DNA from: Chloroflexota bacterium
GTDB lineage: Bacteria; Chloroflexota; Dehalococcoidia; Dehalococcoidales; JACQON01
Assembly (NCBI GenBank): GCA_016202545.1
Contig: JACQON010000030.1
Span: forward strand, 33,599 to 97,598
Direction of reading: 5' to 3'
DNA: 64,000 nucleotides
In this document: in pieces, positions 55,245 to 64,000 of the stretch
How positions within the stretch are numbered: the first letter of the stretch is position 1
How the letters are laid out: each line of letters opens with the position of its first letter
Program-made: the position numbers and the translations under genes
Notes under the pieces: generated by a model
The model's database searches: none
What the model was told of the DNA's origin: nothing
The model's input: only the letters and a program-made list of their open reading frames with translations

Positions 55245-56347
55245 TGGCGCTTAAGACTGAATCATTTGCTCTGAATATCGGCCCGCTCCACCCGAGCACC
55301 CACGGGGTGTTCCGGATGAGGGCGGTACTGGATGGAGAAGTCATCGCCAACATGGAGCCGGTCTTCGGCTATCTGCACCGCGGAATCGAGAAGCTGGCCG
55401 AGGAGCGGACCTACACCGGGGTTATCCCCCTGACCGACCGCCTGGACTATTTGGCCTCGATGAGCAATAACCTGGCCTATGTGCTGGCGGTGGAAAAGCT
55501 GGCGGAAATAAGCGCTCCGGAGCGGGCTACCTACCTGCGGGTTATCCTGGCTGAACTGCAGCGCATCGCCAGCCACCTGATAGCCGTGGGCGCTTTCGTC
55601 AATGACTGCGGCGCCTTCTTTACTCCCTTCCTGTATATGTTCCGGGAGCGGGAGAAAATCCTGGACCTGTTTGAAATGCTGAGCGGGCAGCGGCTGCTCT
55701 ACAACTATATGCGGATTGGCGGGTTCAATCAGGATATTCCCGATGAGTTTTTGCCGGCACTGCAGAAGTTTGTCAGCCAGATGCCCGGCTTTATCGATGA
55801 ATATGACCGCCTCCTTGCCGAGAATGAGATACTGCTGGCCAGGACCAAGGGGGTTGGCATCCTGCCCCAAGACCTGGCCGTCAATATTTCTGCCAGCGGC
55901 CCGGTGCTCCGTGCCAGCGGAGTCAAATGGGACATCCGCAAGGCAGACCCCTACTGCGGGTACGACCGCTTTGAATTTGACATCCCCACCGGCACCGCCG
56001 GTGATTGCTATGACCGCTACCGGGTGCGGATTGAGGAGATGCGGCAGAGCCTGCGCATCATCGAGCAAGCGATGAAGCAGTTGCCATCGGGAGCGGTGAA
56101 AAGCACGGTGCCCTACCTGGTACGCCCGCCGGCGGGAGAGGCCTACGCCCATATCGAGGCCCCCAAGGGCGAGCTCGGCTTTTACCTGGTCTCGGACAAC
56201 TCCATCGCCCCGTACCGCTGTCACATCCGGGCGCCGAGCCTGATAAACCTGACCGCCCTCCGCGATATGACGGTGGGATGGAAAGTGGCCGACCTCATCG
56301 TTATCTTCGGCAGCATTGACATTACCATGGGTGAGGTGGATAGATAG
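55241..56347 (+). CDS. nuoD: NADH-quinone oxidoreductase subunit D
   Basis: 368 aa: NIGPLHPSTHGVFR...YLHRGIEKL. Confidence 0.95.
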   Translation: MMALKTESFALNIGPLHPSTHGVFRMRAVLDGEVIANMEPVFGYLHRGIEKLAEERTYTGVIPLTDRLDYLASMSNNLAYVLAVEKLAEISAPERATYLRVILAELQRIASHLIAVGAFVNDCGAFFTPFLYMFREREKILDLFEMLSGQRLLYNYMRIGGFNQDIPDEFLPALQKFVSQMPGFIDEYDRLLAENEILLARTKGVGILPQDLAVNISASGPVLRASGVKWDIRKADPYCGYDRFEFDIPTGTAGDCYDRYRVRIEEMRQSLRIIEQAMKQLPSGAVKSTVPYLVRPPAGEAYAHIEAPKGELGFYLVSDNSIAPYRCHIRAPSLINLTALRDMTVGWKVADLIVIFGSIDITMGEVDR

Positions 56348-56372
56348 CTTGGTGTTAAATCCTGGTCTCGGC

Positions 56373-57467
56373 ATGGAATACCACTGGCAGGCCCTGCCGC
56401 CGGACTGGCCGGGGAACTTCTGGTGGCACTGGCTGGCGTTCTCCGTCATTATCCTGGCCTTCGTCCTGGGTCTGGTCATGGGATTCATCTGGCTGGAGCG
56501 GCGGGGCATCGGCAGGTTCCAGATACGCCTCGGCCCCAACCGCACCGGCCCCTTCGGCCTGCTTCAGCCGATAGCGGATGCGGTCAAAGTGCTCCTCAAA
56601 GAGAACATCGTGCCCGCCGCCGCTGATAAGATAGTCCACTGGCTGGCGCCGCTGGTTGCCTTTGTCCCCACGCTGATGATTTTTGCCGTCGTCCCCTTCC
56701 AGGACGGAGCGCTTTTGGCCGACCTGAACGTCGGCGTCCTGTATATCGTGGCTATAAGCTCGATTTCAACGGTGGGGATATTCATGGCCGGCTGGAGTTC
56801 AAGCAACAAGTACTCTCTCCTGGCCGCCATGCGCGATGTAGCCACGGTGGTGAGCTATGAAATTCCGGTGGTGCTATCGCTCGCCGGCGTGGTGCTGCTG
56901 GCCGGTTCGCTGTCTCTGAACCAGATTGTGATGGCCCAGGACATCCCCTTCATCCTGCTGCAGCCCCTGGCCTTCCTCCTCTTCTTTATCGCAGCTTCCG
57001 CCGAAATCAACCGCACCCCCTTTGACCTCCTGGAGGCTGACTCTGAGCTAGTGGCCGGCTTTCATATCGAATACTCAGGCATGAAATTCGCCCTGTTTTA
57101 TCTCACGGAGTATGCTGAAGCCCTGGCTGTCTCGGCCATAATTGCCACCCTGTTCCTCGGCGGCTGGAGAGGGCCGGTGCTGCCGCCATGGCTGTGGTTT
57201 GTGGGCAAGGTGGTGGCGGTGTTCTCGGTCATGTTCTGGATACGGAGCACACTGCCCAGGGTCAGGATTGACCAGTTGATGGCCCTCGCCTGGAAGTTCC
57301 TCCTGCCTCTGGCGCTCATCAACCTGGTCGTCACCGCCGTACAGGTGCTGGCCTGGCCGGAAGCCTCGCTGTGGGCCATGGTGCCGGTCAACGTCGCCAT
57401 AATGGCGGCGCTGGTGGTAACATGGTCAAGACTATTGAAACTGGGAGGGGGCAGAGTTGAAGTTTGA
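56373..57467 (+). CDS. nuoH: NADH-quinone oxidoreductase subunit H
   Basis: The start is at the ATG at 56373. Motifs: ERRGIGRFQIRLGPNRTGPFGLLQPIADAVK...EINRTPFDL. Confidence 0.9.
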   Translation: MEYHWQALPPDWPGNFWWHWLAFSVIILAFVLGLVMGFIWLERRGIGRFQIRLGPNRTGPFGLLQPIADAVKVLLKENIVPAAADKIVHWLAPLVAFVPTLMIFAVVPFQDGALLADLNVGVLYIVAISSISTVGIFMAGWSSSNKYSLLAAMRDVATVVSYEIPVVLSLAGVVLLAGSLSLNQIVMAQDIPFILLQPLAFLLFFIAASAEINRTPFDLLEADSELVAGFHIEYSGMKFALFYLTEYAEALAVSAIIATLFLGGWRGPVLPPWLWFVGKVVAVFSVMFWIRSTLPRVRIDQLMALAWKFLLPLALINLVVTAVQVLAWPEASLWAMVPVNVAIMAALVVTWSRLLKLGGGRVEV

Positions 57468-57954
57468 ACACTTCGGCACAGGTATAATCAAAGGCCTGGC
57501 GGTGACCCTGAGGCACCTGTTCCGCAAGCCGATTACCACGCAATATCCGGAGCAGAAGCTTACCACTTCACGCCGGGCCAGGGGTAACGAGCTTGTCTGG
57601 GACATAACCAAGTGTACCGCTTGCGGTACCTGCGCCAAGGCTTGTCCCCAGGGCGTCATCCGGATTGTGACCTCCGCCAAGCCAGTTGAAAACAGGTATG
57701 TCGTGGAAAAGTTTGAGGTGGACACCGGCTACTGTATCTTCTGCGGCCTGTGCGTTGAGGCCTGCCCCTTTCAATCGCTGCTTATGGGCTACTCTTATGA
57801 ACGGGCAAAATACCGTCGCCATGAGGTGGTGCATACCAATGAAATGCTGCTGCCGTCAGCCAAGAGGCCTGCCAGCGGCTACATGTACCCCAAGCTGGCC
57901 AAAGCCCTGCCCCCTCAGACGCTGCTCATTGAAAGGGACGAGGTGAAAGGCTGA
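57457..57954 (+). CDS. nuoI: NADH-quinone oxidoreductase subunit I
   Basis: 165 aa with two 4Fe-4S motifs, CTACGTCAKACP and CIFCGLCVEACP. Confidence 0.9.
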   Translation: MKFEHFGTGIIKGLAVTLRHLFRKPITTQYPEQKLTTSRRARGNELVWDITKCTACGTCAKACPQGVIRIVTSAKPVENRYVVEKFEVDTGYCIFCGLCVEACPFQSLLMGYSYERAKYRRHEVVHTNEMLLPSAKRPASGYMYPKLAKALPPQTLLIERDEVKG

Positions 57955-58442
57955 TGGGCCTGGGGATTGCTTTCTGGGCGCTGGCCGTTATCAGCGTAGG
58001 GGCCGCCCTGACCGTGGTTTTCCTCCGCGACGTCTTCCGGGCCGCCCTGGCGCTGGTGCTGTGTTTCCTGACCGTGGCCGGAATTTTCATCACCCTCAGC
58101 GCTGACTTCCTGGCGGCGGCACAGGTCCTCATCTACGTGGGCGCCATATCAATATTAATCATCATGACCATCATGTTAACCAGGGGAGTGCGGCAGGGCA
58201 GCCCCTCCGGCAAACTGCGAGTCCCGGCCCTTTTTACCGCCCTGTTATTTTTTGCGGCGGCGGCCTTTGCCGTGCTCAACACCCCGTGGCAGATAGCCGG
58301 AGCGCCGCCCCAGGAGCCTACCACTGCCGCCCTGGCCGGGAGGCTTTTCGGCGAAGGCGGCTTCATTCTGGCTGTAGAGATTGCTGCCGTCCTTTTGCTG
58401 GCGATAATTTTGGGAGCTATCGTTCTGGTCAGGGAGAAATAG
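57954..58442 (+). CDS. nuoJ: NADH-quinone oxidoreductase subunit J
   Basis: 162 aa: AAQVLIYVGAISILI. Confidence 0.85.
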   Translation: MGLGIAFWALAVISVGAALTVVFLRDVFRAALALVLCFLTVAGIFITLSADFLAAAQVLIYVGAISILIIMTIMLTRGVRQGSPSGKLRVPALFTALLFFAAAAFAVLNTPWQIAGAPPQEPTTAALAGRLFGEGGFILAVEIAAVLLLAIILGAIVLVREK

Positions 58443-58445
58443 GCC

Positions 58446-58757
58446 GTGCCTGTAGGTTTGAACCATTATCTGGTATTATCAGCCATCCTCTTCTCCATCG
58501 GGCTGTACGGGGCACTATCTAAACGCAACGCCGTAGTTATCCTGATGTCCATTGAAATCATGCTCAACGCGGTAAATATCGCCATGGTGGCCTTCTCCCG
58601 GTTCATCGTGCCCGCGCTGCTGACGGGACAGGTGTTCGCCATCTTCATCATGGTGGTAGCGGCAGCCGAGGTAACTATAGGCCTGGCCATTATCATAGCC
58701 GTCTACCGCGGCCGTGAGACCATAGACGTCACCAATATCAATCTGATGAAATGGTAA
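58446..58757 (+). CDS. nuoK: NADH-quinone oxidoreductase subunit K
   Basis: 103 aa: LMSIEIMLNAVNIA...AAAEVTIGLAI. Confidence 0.9.
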   Translation: MPVGLNHYLVLSAILFSIGLYGALSKRNAVVILMSIEIMLNAVNIAMVAFSRFIVPALLTGQVFAIFIMVVAAAEVTIGLAIIIAVYRGRETIDVTNINLMKW

Positions 58758-58769
58758 ACTAGCGCTCAT

Positions 58770-58790
58770 CGGGGGGCTTTTTGCCCCCCG
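58770..58790 (+). other. 8-bp all-GC hairpin CGGGGGGC-ttttt-GCCCCCCG inside the nuo operon
   Basis: It lies between the nuoK stop (58757) and the small ORF at 58806. No T-tract follows; GAAGGGGA follows and could serve as the RBS. Confidence 0.5.
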
Positions 58791-58805
58791 GAAGGGGAAA
58801 TCCGG

Positions 58806-59000
58806 ATGTGGGTTGAAATCAAAAGGGCCAGCAACCTGATGCTGGCTGAGATGTGGAAGGAGCTCTTCGAAGGCGAGGGGATACCCGCCCACATCCTGCC
58901 CGTTTCCGGCGAAGCACCCGGCCGCGAGCTGGTCGCCTATCGGGTGCTCGTTCCCGAAGATAAAAAGCATATCGTAGACGAGGTGTTGAAGAGATTATAA
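58806..59000 (+). CDS. DUF2007-like small soluble protein encoded between nuoK and nuoL
   Basis: 64 aa: MWVEIKRASNLMLAEMWKELFEGEGIPAHILP...YRVLVPEDKKHIVDEVLKRL. The stop overlaps the nuoL ATG (TAATG). Confidence 0.55.
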   Translation: MWVEIKRASNLMLAEMWKELFEGEGIPAHILPVSGEAPGRELVAYRVLVPEDKKHIVDEVLKRL

Positions 59001-60895
59001 TGGCGCCTGAGCTAATCTGGCTGATATTCTTTCTCCCGCTCGCCTCATTTGTGGTGATATCCTTCGTGTTCAAGCCATTCCTGAAGGATAAGCCACGGAT
59101 AAGCGGTTACAGCACCATTGCCGCTATCTCGGGCTCCCTTGTCCTGTCCGTCCTGGTGCTGCTGTCAGTCATAGCCGCCCCGGAACATGAACTGCTCATG
59201 CCCGACATCAACTGGGTGATTGTCGACGGGGTTGTTATCCACCTGGGGCTGATGGTGGACTCACTGACCGCGGTGATGCTGCTGGTGATTACCGTGGTCA
59301 GCCTGATGGTGCAGGTCTATTCCCAGGGCTACATGCACGGTGACCCCGGCTATCACCGCTACTTCGCCTGGATGTCCCTGTTCACCGCCTCAATGCTGGG
59401 CCTGGTCCTGGCCGACAACCTCATCCTGACGTTCGTCTTCTGGGAGCTGGTAGGATTATGCTCCTATCTGCTCATCGGCTTCTGGTTCCACCGGAAGTCG
59501 GCGGCTGACGCCGCCAAGAAGGCGTTCATCGTTACCCGGCTGGGCGACTTCGGCTTCCTGGTGGCCATCCTGGCCCTGTACGCCAGCACCGGTACCTTTG
59601 ACATCGCCGAGCTGCATCGGCTGGCCATAACCGGTGCCCTGGCTGGCACCACCCTCGCCTGGGCGGCCATCGGCATCTTCGCCGGCGCCGCCGGCAAGTC
59701 AGCCCAGTTTCCCCTCCATGTCTGGTTGCCTGATGCCATGGAAGGCCCGACGCCGGTCAGCGCTTTAATCCACGCCGCCACCATGGTCGCCGCCGGAGTC
59801 TTCCTGGTGGCCAGGATGTTCCCCCTCTTTGAGAACTCGCCGGAGGCGCTGACCACGGTAGCCGTTGTCGGCGGCGTGACCGCCATCTTCGCCGCCTCCA
59901 TGGGCCTGGTTATGAACGATATCAAGCGGGTAATAGCCTACTCCACCATCAGCCAGCTTGGCTACATGATGCTCGGCCTGGGCACCGGCGGCGTGGCCAT
60001 AGGCATCTTCCACCTGTTCAACCACGCCTTCTTCAAGGCGCTGCTCTTCCTCGGCGCCGGCAGCGTGAATCACGCCACCGGGACCTTCGATATGCGGCAG
60101 ATGGGAGGGCTGCGCCGGGCGATGCCGTGGACGTATGCCACCTTCGTTATCGGCGCGCTCAGCCTGGCCGGCATCTGGCCCCTGTCCGGCTTCTGGAGCA
60201 AGGACGAAATTTTAGCCTCGTCCCTGGCAGCCCAGCCAGCGCTGTTCTACCTGGCGCTGGCAACCGTGCTTATGACCGCCTTCTACATCTTCCGGGCGGC
60301 ATTCATGACCTTCGGCGGGGAATACCGCGGCGGCAATGGGCAGCCCCACGCCACTCATCCTCACGAATCGTCGCCGGTAATGGTGGCGCCCATGGTGGTC
60401 CTGAGCGTCCTGGCAGTGGTCTCCGGGATGGCTAACGTCACCGGGGGCTTCGCCCGGCTTCTGGGCCATGGTGAGGGACACGGCTTCATCGAGGGCTTCT
60501 TCGGCATCCTGGCCCATCCGTTGCCCTGGCTCTCGCTGGCGCTGGCCGGCCTGGGCATTTTCCTGGCCTACGCCATCTACGGCGCAAAGTGGCTGTCAGC
60601 GGAGCGCATCGGCAGGATGTTTTCTCCGCTATATACCATGCTCTACCAAAAATACTGGCTCGATGAACTCTACGAAAACGTTATCGTGCGAAAGATATTG
60701 CTCAAAGGGATTTTCGCCGGCCTGGAGAGACTCGATAATAAGGGCGTGGACGGGGTGGTAAACGGGGTAGCCAGTGGGACGATAGCCGCCGGCAGGGGCA
60801 TCAGGCGCGCGCAGACCGGACAGCTCCAGCTTTACGGCCTGGTCATCGGCATCGGTATACTGGCCATCGTTCTCTCCCTTTATCTCGCCAGATGA
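59000..60895 (+). CDS. nuoL: NADH-quinone oxidoreductase subunit L
   Basis: 631 aa: FWELVGLCSYLLIGFW...SAQFPLHVWLPDAMEGPTPVSALIHAATMV. Confidence 0.95.
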   Translation: MAPELIWLIFFLPLASFVVISFVFKPFLKDKPRISGYSTIAAISGSLVLSVLVLLSVIAAPEHELLMPDINWVIVDGVVIHLGLMVDSLTAVMLLVITVVSLMVQVYSQGYMHGDPGYHRYFAWMSLFTASMLGLVLADNLILTFVFWELVGLCSYLLIGFWFHRKSAADAAKKAFIVTRLGDFGFLVAILALYASTGTFDIAELHRLAITGALAGTTLAWAAIGIFAGAAGKSAQFPLHVWLPDAMEGPTPVSALIHAATMVAAGVFLVARMFPLFENSPEALTTVAVVGGVTAIFAASMGLVMNDIKRVIAYSTISQLGYMMLGLGTGGVAIGIFHLFNHAFFKALLFLGAGSVNHATGTFDMRQMGGLRRAMPWTYATFVIGALSLAGIWPLSGFWSKDEILASSLAAQPALFYLALATVLMTAFYIFRAAFMTFGGEYRGGNGQPHATHPHESSPVMVAPMVVLSVLAVVSGMANVTGGFARLLGHGEGHGFIEGFFGILAHPLPWLSLALAGLGIFLAYAIYGAKWLSAERIGRMFSPLYTMLYQKYWLDELYENVIVRKILLKGIFAGLERLDNKGVDGVVNGVASGTIAAGRGIRRAQTGQLQLYGLVIGIGILAIVLSLYLAR

Positions 60896-60911
60896 CAAGG
60901 AGTCAAAATAG

Positions 60912-62405
60912 TTGGACTTTAACTATCTGACCGCCATAACCTTTCTGCCAGTGATAGGGGCAGTCCTCATCGCCTTTATTCCCGGCCTGTCACCGCGGGG
61001 AGTAAGGCGCATGGCTGCCGTGTTCACCCTCATCCCCCTGGCGCTGGCAATCATCATCTTCGTCAGCTTCGACAGGTCTGCAGCGGCGGCCGGAGTAATC
61101 CAGTTTGAAGAAAAGATGCGCTGGATTGCAGCGCTTAACGCTCACTATCACCTCGGCGTGGACGGGCTGAATTTGCCCTTCGCGCTGCTGACCGCCTTCC
61201 TGGGCTTCCTGGCCGTCCTTATCTCGTGGAAGATAGACCTCAGGGTGCGGGAGTACTTCGGCTGGCTGCTGCTCCTGGAAACAAGCATCCTGGGAGTATT
61301 CCTGTCCCTTGACCTGCTGCTGTTCTTTGTCTTCTGGGAGATAGAGGTCATCCCCATGTACTTCCTTATCTCGATATGGGGGTCTGGCAGAAAGGAATAC
61401 TCGGCGATAAAGTACGTTGTTTACACCCTGTTCGGCAGCGCCTTCATGCTGGCTGGCATACTCAGCCTGTACTTTACTACTGGTACTCTGGACATGATAG
61501 AGCTATCGCAGAAGGGGCTGGCCATGGTGCAGTCGATTATGCCGGCCAGTGCCATCTTCTTCTTCATCCTGACCGCGTTTGCCGTCAAGCTCCCGGTCGT
61601 CCCGCTCCATACCTGGCTGCCTGACGCCCATACTGACGCGCCCACCGCCGCCAGCGTAATCCTGGCCGGCGTGCTCATCAAGATGGGCGGCTACGGGATG
61701 ATACGCCTCAATGTGAGCATGTTCCCCGAGGTAGCGCGGCATTACAGCCTCCTCCTGGTAATACTGGCCGTGGTCGGCGTGCTCTACGGCGCCGCGCTAA
61801 CCATGAGGCAAAACGATTTCAAGCGGATGATAGCCTACAGCAGCATCAGCCATATGGGCTATGTGCTGCTGGGCGTCTTCGCCCTGGGCCAGGTGAGCCT
61901 GGCGGGAGCCGCCTTGCAGATGGTCAGCCACGGCCTGGTCACCGGCCTCCTGTTTGCCATGGTGGGCCTGGTGATGCACAACGCCCACGAGCGCGACCTG
62001 CGCAAGCTGGGCGGCCTGGCGCGGCAGGTGCCGATTATCGCCGTCGTCTTCTCCATCGCCGGGCTGGCCTCCCTGGGGCTGCCCACCACCAGCGGCTTCG
62101 CTGCCGAGTTCCTGGTCTTCGTGGGCAGCTTTACCTCCGGCATCGTCCCCGGAATCAAGGTGTACACCATCCTGGGCGTGTTGGGGGTAGTCGTCACCGC
62201 CGGCTACATACTGTGGATGCTGCAGCGGGCCTTCTACGGGCCGGTGCTGGAGCGGTTCGACGGCACGCCTGACGCCGACGCCCGCGAGCGGGTATATATG
62301 TTCGCCATGGTTGCCGGCATCATGCTGGTAGGCATCTACCCGGCGGTGGTAACCGATGTCCTCAAGCTGGGCATTTCACCAATAGCAGGCATGCTGGGCG
62401 GATAA
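60912..62405 (+). CDS. nuoM: NADH-quinone oxidoreductase subunit M
   Basis: 497 aa: FVFWEIEVIPMYFLI...PLHTWLPDAHTDAPTAASVILAGVLIKMGGYG. Confidence 0.95.
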   Translation: MDFNYLTAITFLPVIGAVLIAFIPGLSPRGVRRMAAVFTLIPLALAIIIFVSFDRSAAAAGVIQFEEKMRWIAALNAHYHLGVDGLNLPFALLTAFLGFLAVLISWKIDLRVREYFGWLLLLETSILGVFLSLDLLLFFVFWEIEVIPMYFLISIWGSGRKEYSAIKYVVYTLFGSAFMLAGILSLYFTTGTLDMIELSQKGLAMVQSIMPASAIFFFILTAFAVKLPVVPLHTWLPDAHTDAPTAASVILAGVLIKMGGYGMIRLNVSMFPEVARHYSLLLVILAVVGVLYGAALTMRQNDFKRMIAYSSISHMGYVLLGVFALGQVSLAGAALQMVSHGLVTGLLFAMVGLVMHNAHERDLRKLGGLARQVPIIAVVFSIAGLASLGLPTTSGFAAEFLVFVGSFTSGIVPGIKVYTILGVLGVVVTAGYILWMLQRAFYGPVLERFDGTPDADARERVYMFAMVAGIMLVGIYPAVVTDVLKLGISPIAGMLGG

Positions 62406-62470
62406 ATCATGAATAGTGACAGTCAAATCAACCACTGCCGGGGAGAATCCGAACCACAAGGGGGCGGACT

Positions 62471-63961
62471 GTGCAGCTTGAGCTACTAGCGCCGGAATTG
62501 ACCTTGGCCGGGACTGCCATAGCGGTTATCCTGGTCGACCTTTTCGTTGCCCGAAAGTGGCTGCTCGAAGGAGTGAGCATCGCTGGGCTGCTCATCGCCG
62601 CCGACTTCACCATAGCCATGTGGGGAGGCAGCTACGCGCCCCTGTTCAACAACATGCTGGCGGTGGACAGCTTCGCCCTGGGCTTCAAGCTGCTGTTCCT
62701 GGGCATTGCCATCCTGGTCATCCTGGCCTCGATAGACTATGCCGCCAGGTTCTCCCCCTTCCGCGGTGAATACTATGCCTTGGTGCTGCTGTCTACCATG
62801 GGCATGATGCTGCTGGCGGGCACCGCCGAGCTGGTTTCCATCTATATCGCCCTGGAGATGACCAGCCTCTCTATGTGCGCCCTGGTCTGCTTCCTCAAGG
62901 ACGCCAGGTCCGGCGAGGCCGCGCTTAAATATGTGCTGCTGAGCGCCATCGCCTCGGCGGTGCTGCTCTTCGGCATGGCGCTGGTATTCGGCTTCACCGG
63001 CGAGACGCGCCTCGGCGGGATTGCCCTGGTCATCCAGTCCATGTCCACGCAGACCCTCCTGGCCAGCCCCGCCCTCACCCTGGGCATGGCGCTGCTCATC
63101 GCCGGCTTCGGCTTCAAAATCGCCGCCGTCCCCTTCCACATGTGGACGCCTGATGTCTACGAGGGCGCGCCCACGCCGGTAACCGCCTTCCTCTCCGTGG
63201 GCAGCAAAGCGGCCGGCTTCGCCATCATCCTGCGGGTGTTCCACTCCGCCTTCGGGCTTCCCAACTGGCTGAGCCTGGAGTGGGGGCTGGTCTTCGCCGT
63301 GCTGGCCGCCATCGGCATGACGCTGGGCAATGTCGCCGCCATCCCCCAGGCCAATATCAAGCGCATGCTGGGCTACTCCAGCATCGCCCAGGCCGGCTAC
63401 CTCATGGTAGGGCTGGCCACCACGGGACTGTCCCCGGCTTCCGATGTCCTGGGCCGCAGCGGCCTCATCTTCTTCCTGGCCAGCTATGCCCTGACCAACC
63501 TGGGGGCATTCACCGCCGTCATCGCCATCTCCAACCGGATTGATAGCGACCTCATTGACGATTATTCCGGCATGGGCAAGCGGGCGCCGCTACTGTCCCT
63601 GGGGCTGACCCTGTGCCTGGTCTCCCTCATCGGCATACCCCCGGCGGCTGGGTTCATGGCCAAGTTCTATATCTTCAGCGGGGCGGTGCAAAACGGCCTG
63701 CTGTGGCTGGTGGTCATCGCCGTAATTAACAGCGTCATCTCCGCCTACTATTACCTGAGGGTGGTCAAGATGATGTGGCTTGGCAAGCCCGCCGTCGCCG
63801 AGGCTAAGGCGGGCAAGCCGGCCTCGGAGGCAAGGGTGACCACCCCCGCCACGCTGAGGGTGGCCCTGGCCGTCTCCTGCGCCGGCGTCCTCGTGCTTGG
63901 CATTGCCCCCGGCTACGTGCTCAGGCTGGCGGAGATGGCCGCCAGCATGTTCATCTTCTAA
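62471..63961 (+). CDS. nuoN: NADH-quinone oxidoreductase subunit N
   Basis: 496 aa: PFHMWTPDVYEGAPTPVTAFLSVGSKAAGF. Confidence 0.95.
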   Translation: MQLELLAPELTLAGTAIAVILVDLFVARKWLLEGVSIAGLLIAADFTIAMWGGSYAPLFNNMLAVDSFALGFKLLFLGIAILVILASIDYAARFSPFRGEYYALVLLSTMGMMLLAGTAELVSIYIALEMTSLSMCALVCFLKDARSGEAALKYVLLSAIASAVLLFGMALVFGFTGETRLGGIALVIQSMSTQTLLASPALTLGMALLIAGFGFKIAAVPFHMWTPDVYEGAPTPVTAFLSVGSKAAGFAIILRVFHSAFGLPNWLSLEWGLVFAVLAAIGMTLGNVAAIPQANIKRMLGYSSIAQAGYLMVGLATTGLSPASDVLGRSGLIFFLASYALTNLGAFTAVIAISNRIDSDLIDDYSGMGKRAPLLSLGLTLCLVSLIGIPPAAGFMAKFYIFSGAVQNGLLWLVVIAVINSVISAYYYLRVVKMMWLGKPAVAEAKAGKPASEARVTTPATLRVALAVSCAGVLVLGIAPGYVLRLAEMAASMFIF

Positions 63962-63968
63962 GTGGTTC

Positions 63969-64000
63969 AAATCCCCCTTAGTCCCCCTTTTCCAAAGGGG
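63969..64000. repeat. Partial copy (cut by the window end) of the AAATCCCCCTTAGT-CCCCCTTTnnnAAAGGGG hairpin repeat
   Basis: AAATCCCCCTTAGTCCCCCTTTTCCAAAGGGG matches the reverse complement of 41911-41944. Confidence 0.55.

Noticed and set aside
55262-56545. A 427-aa ORF on the minus strand, antisense to nuoD and nuoH.
   Set aside because: It is a shadow ORF of well-supported nuo genes, with no RBS or domain signal.
62486-63244. A 252-aa minus-strand ORF antisense to nuoN. Similar antisense ORFs lie in nuoL and nuoM.
   Set aside because: These are shadow ORFs. Their translations are dominated by G, R, E and H repeats.
63961-63977. GGTTCAAATCC, which looks like a tRNA T-loop, right after the nuoN stop.
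   Set aside because: The flanking bases do not form a T-stem (GTGG against CCCC does not pair). No acceptor, D or anticodon arms can be drawn upstream, because that sequence is the nuoN coding region. The motif belongs to the AAATCCCCCTTAGT repeat family.

Overview
This is a gene-dense chromosomal segment of about 71 protein genes. I could not support any rRNA, tRNA or CRISPR array. Overall GC is roughly 58-60%, from hand counts of a few 60-nt lines only.

The gene content suggests a Chloroflexota (Dehalococcoidia-like) anaerobe: an 11-subunit nuo operon without nuoEFG, a stand-alone EF-G paralogue, fused ADP-forming acetyl-CoA synthetase, EtfAB, and many GTG/TTG starts. That placement is inference only.

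Housekeeping blocks:
- rpsO-pnp-dapB-asd-dapA
- purA
- an ino1/GT4/CDP-alcohol-phosphatidyltransferase lipid cluster
- rsmD-coaD-ferredoxin
- a MacAB-like efflux operon, then proC-leuS
- htpX
- the F-type ATP synthase operon (atpZ-B-E-F-H-A-[extra gene]-G-D-C)
- rpsP plus a KH-domain gene
- nuoABCDHIJK-[extra gene]-LMN

Items worth a second look:
1. A roughly 1-kb low-GC three-gene cassette at 40.8-41.9 kb. It has a perfect TTGACA-17-TATAAT promoter and its own terminator, and it is bracketed by 22-bp hairpin direct repeats.
2. A Panacea/DUF4065 antitoxin-like gene, an unrecognised partner ORF, and a frameshifted transposase tail at 14.9-16.1 kb.
3. A cluster of hemerythrin, DUF2249, DsrE, YgbA and HD genes with a divergent YedF and CxC permease at 1.0-6.9 kb.
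4. Several families of structured intergenic repeats. One is a triple-hairpin element whose two copies, 44 kb apart, differ by compensatory base-pair changes.
5. Small extra genes inside the atp operon (low GC, membrane protein) and the nuo operon (DUF2007-like).

All calls come from reading the sequence and the supplied ORF translations. No database search, folding program or statistics was run. Domain names are pattern recognition by eye and should be confirmed with HMM searches.
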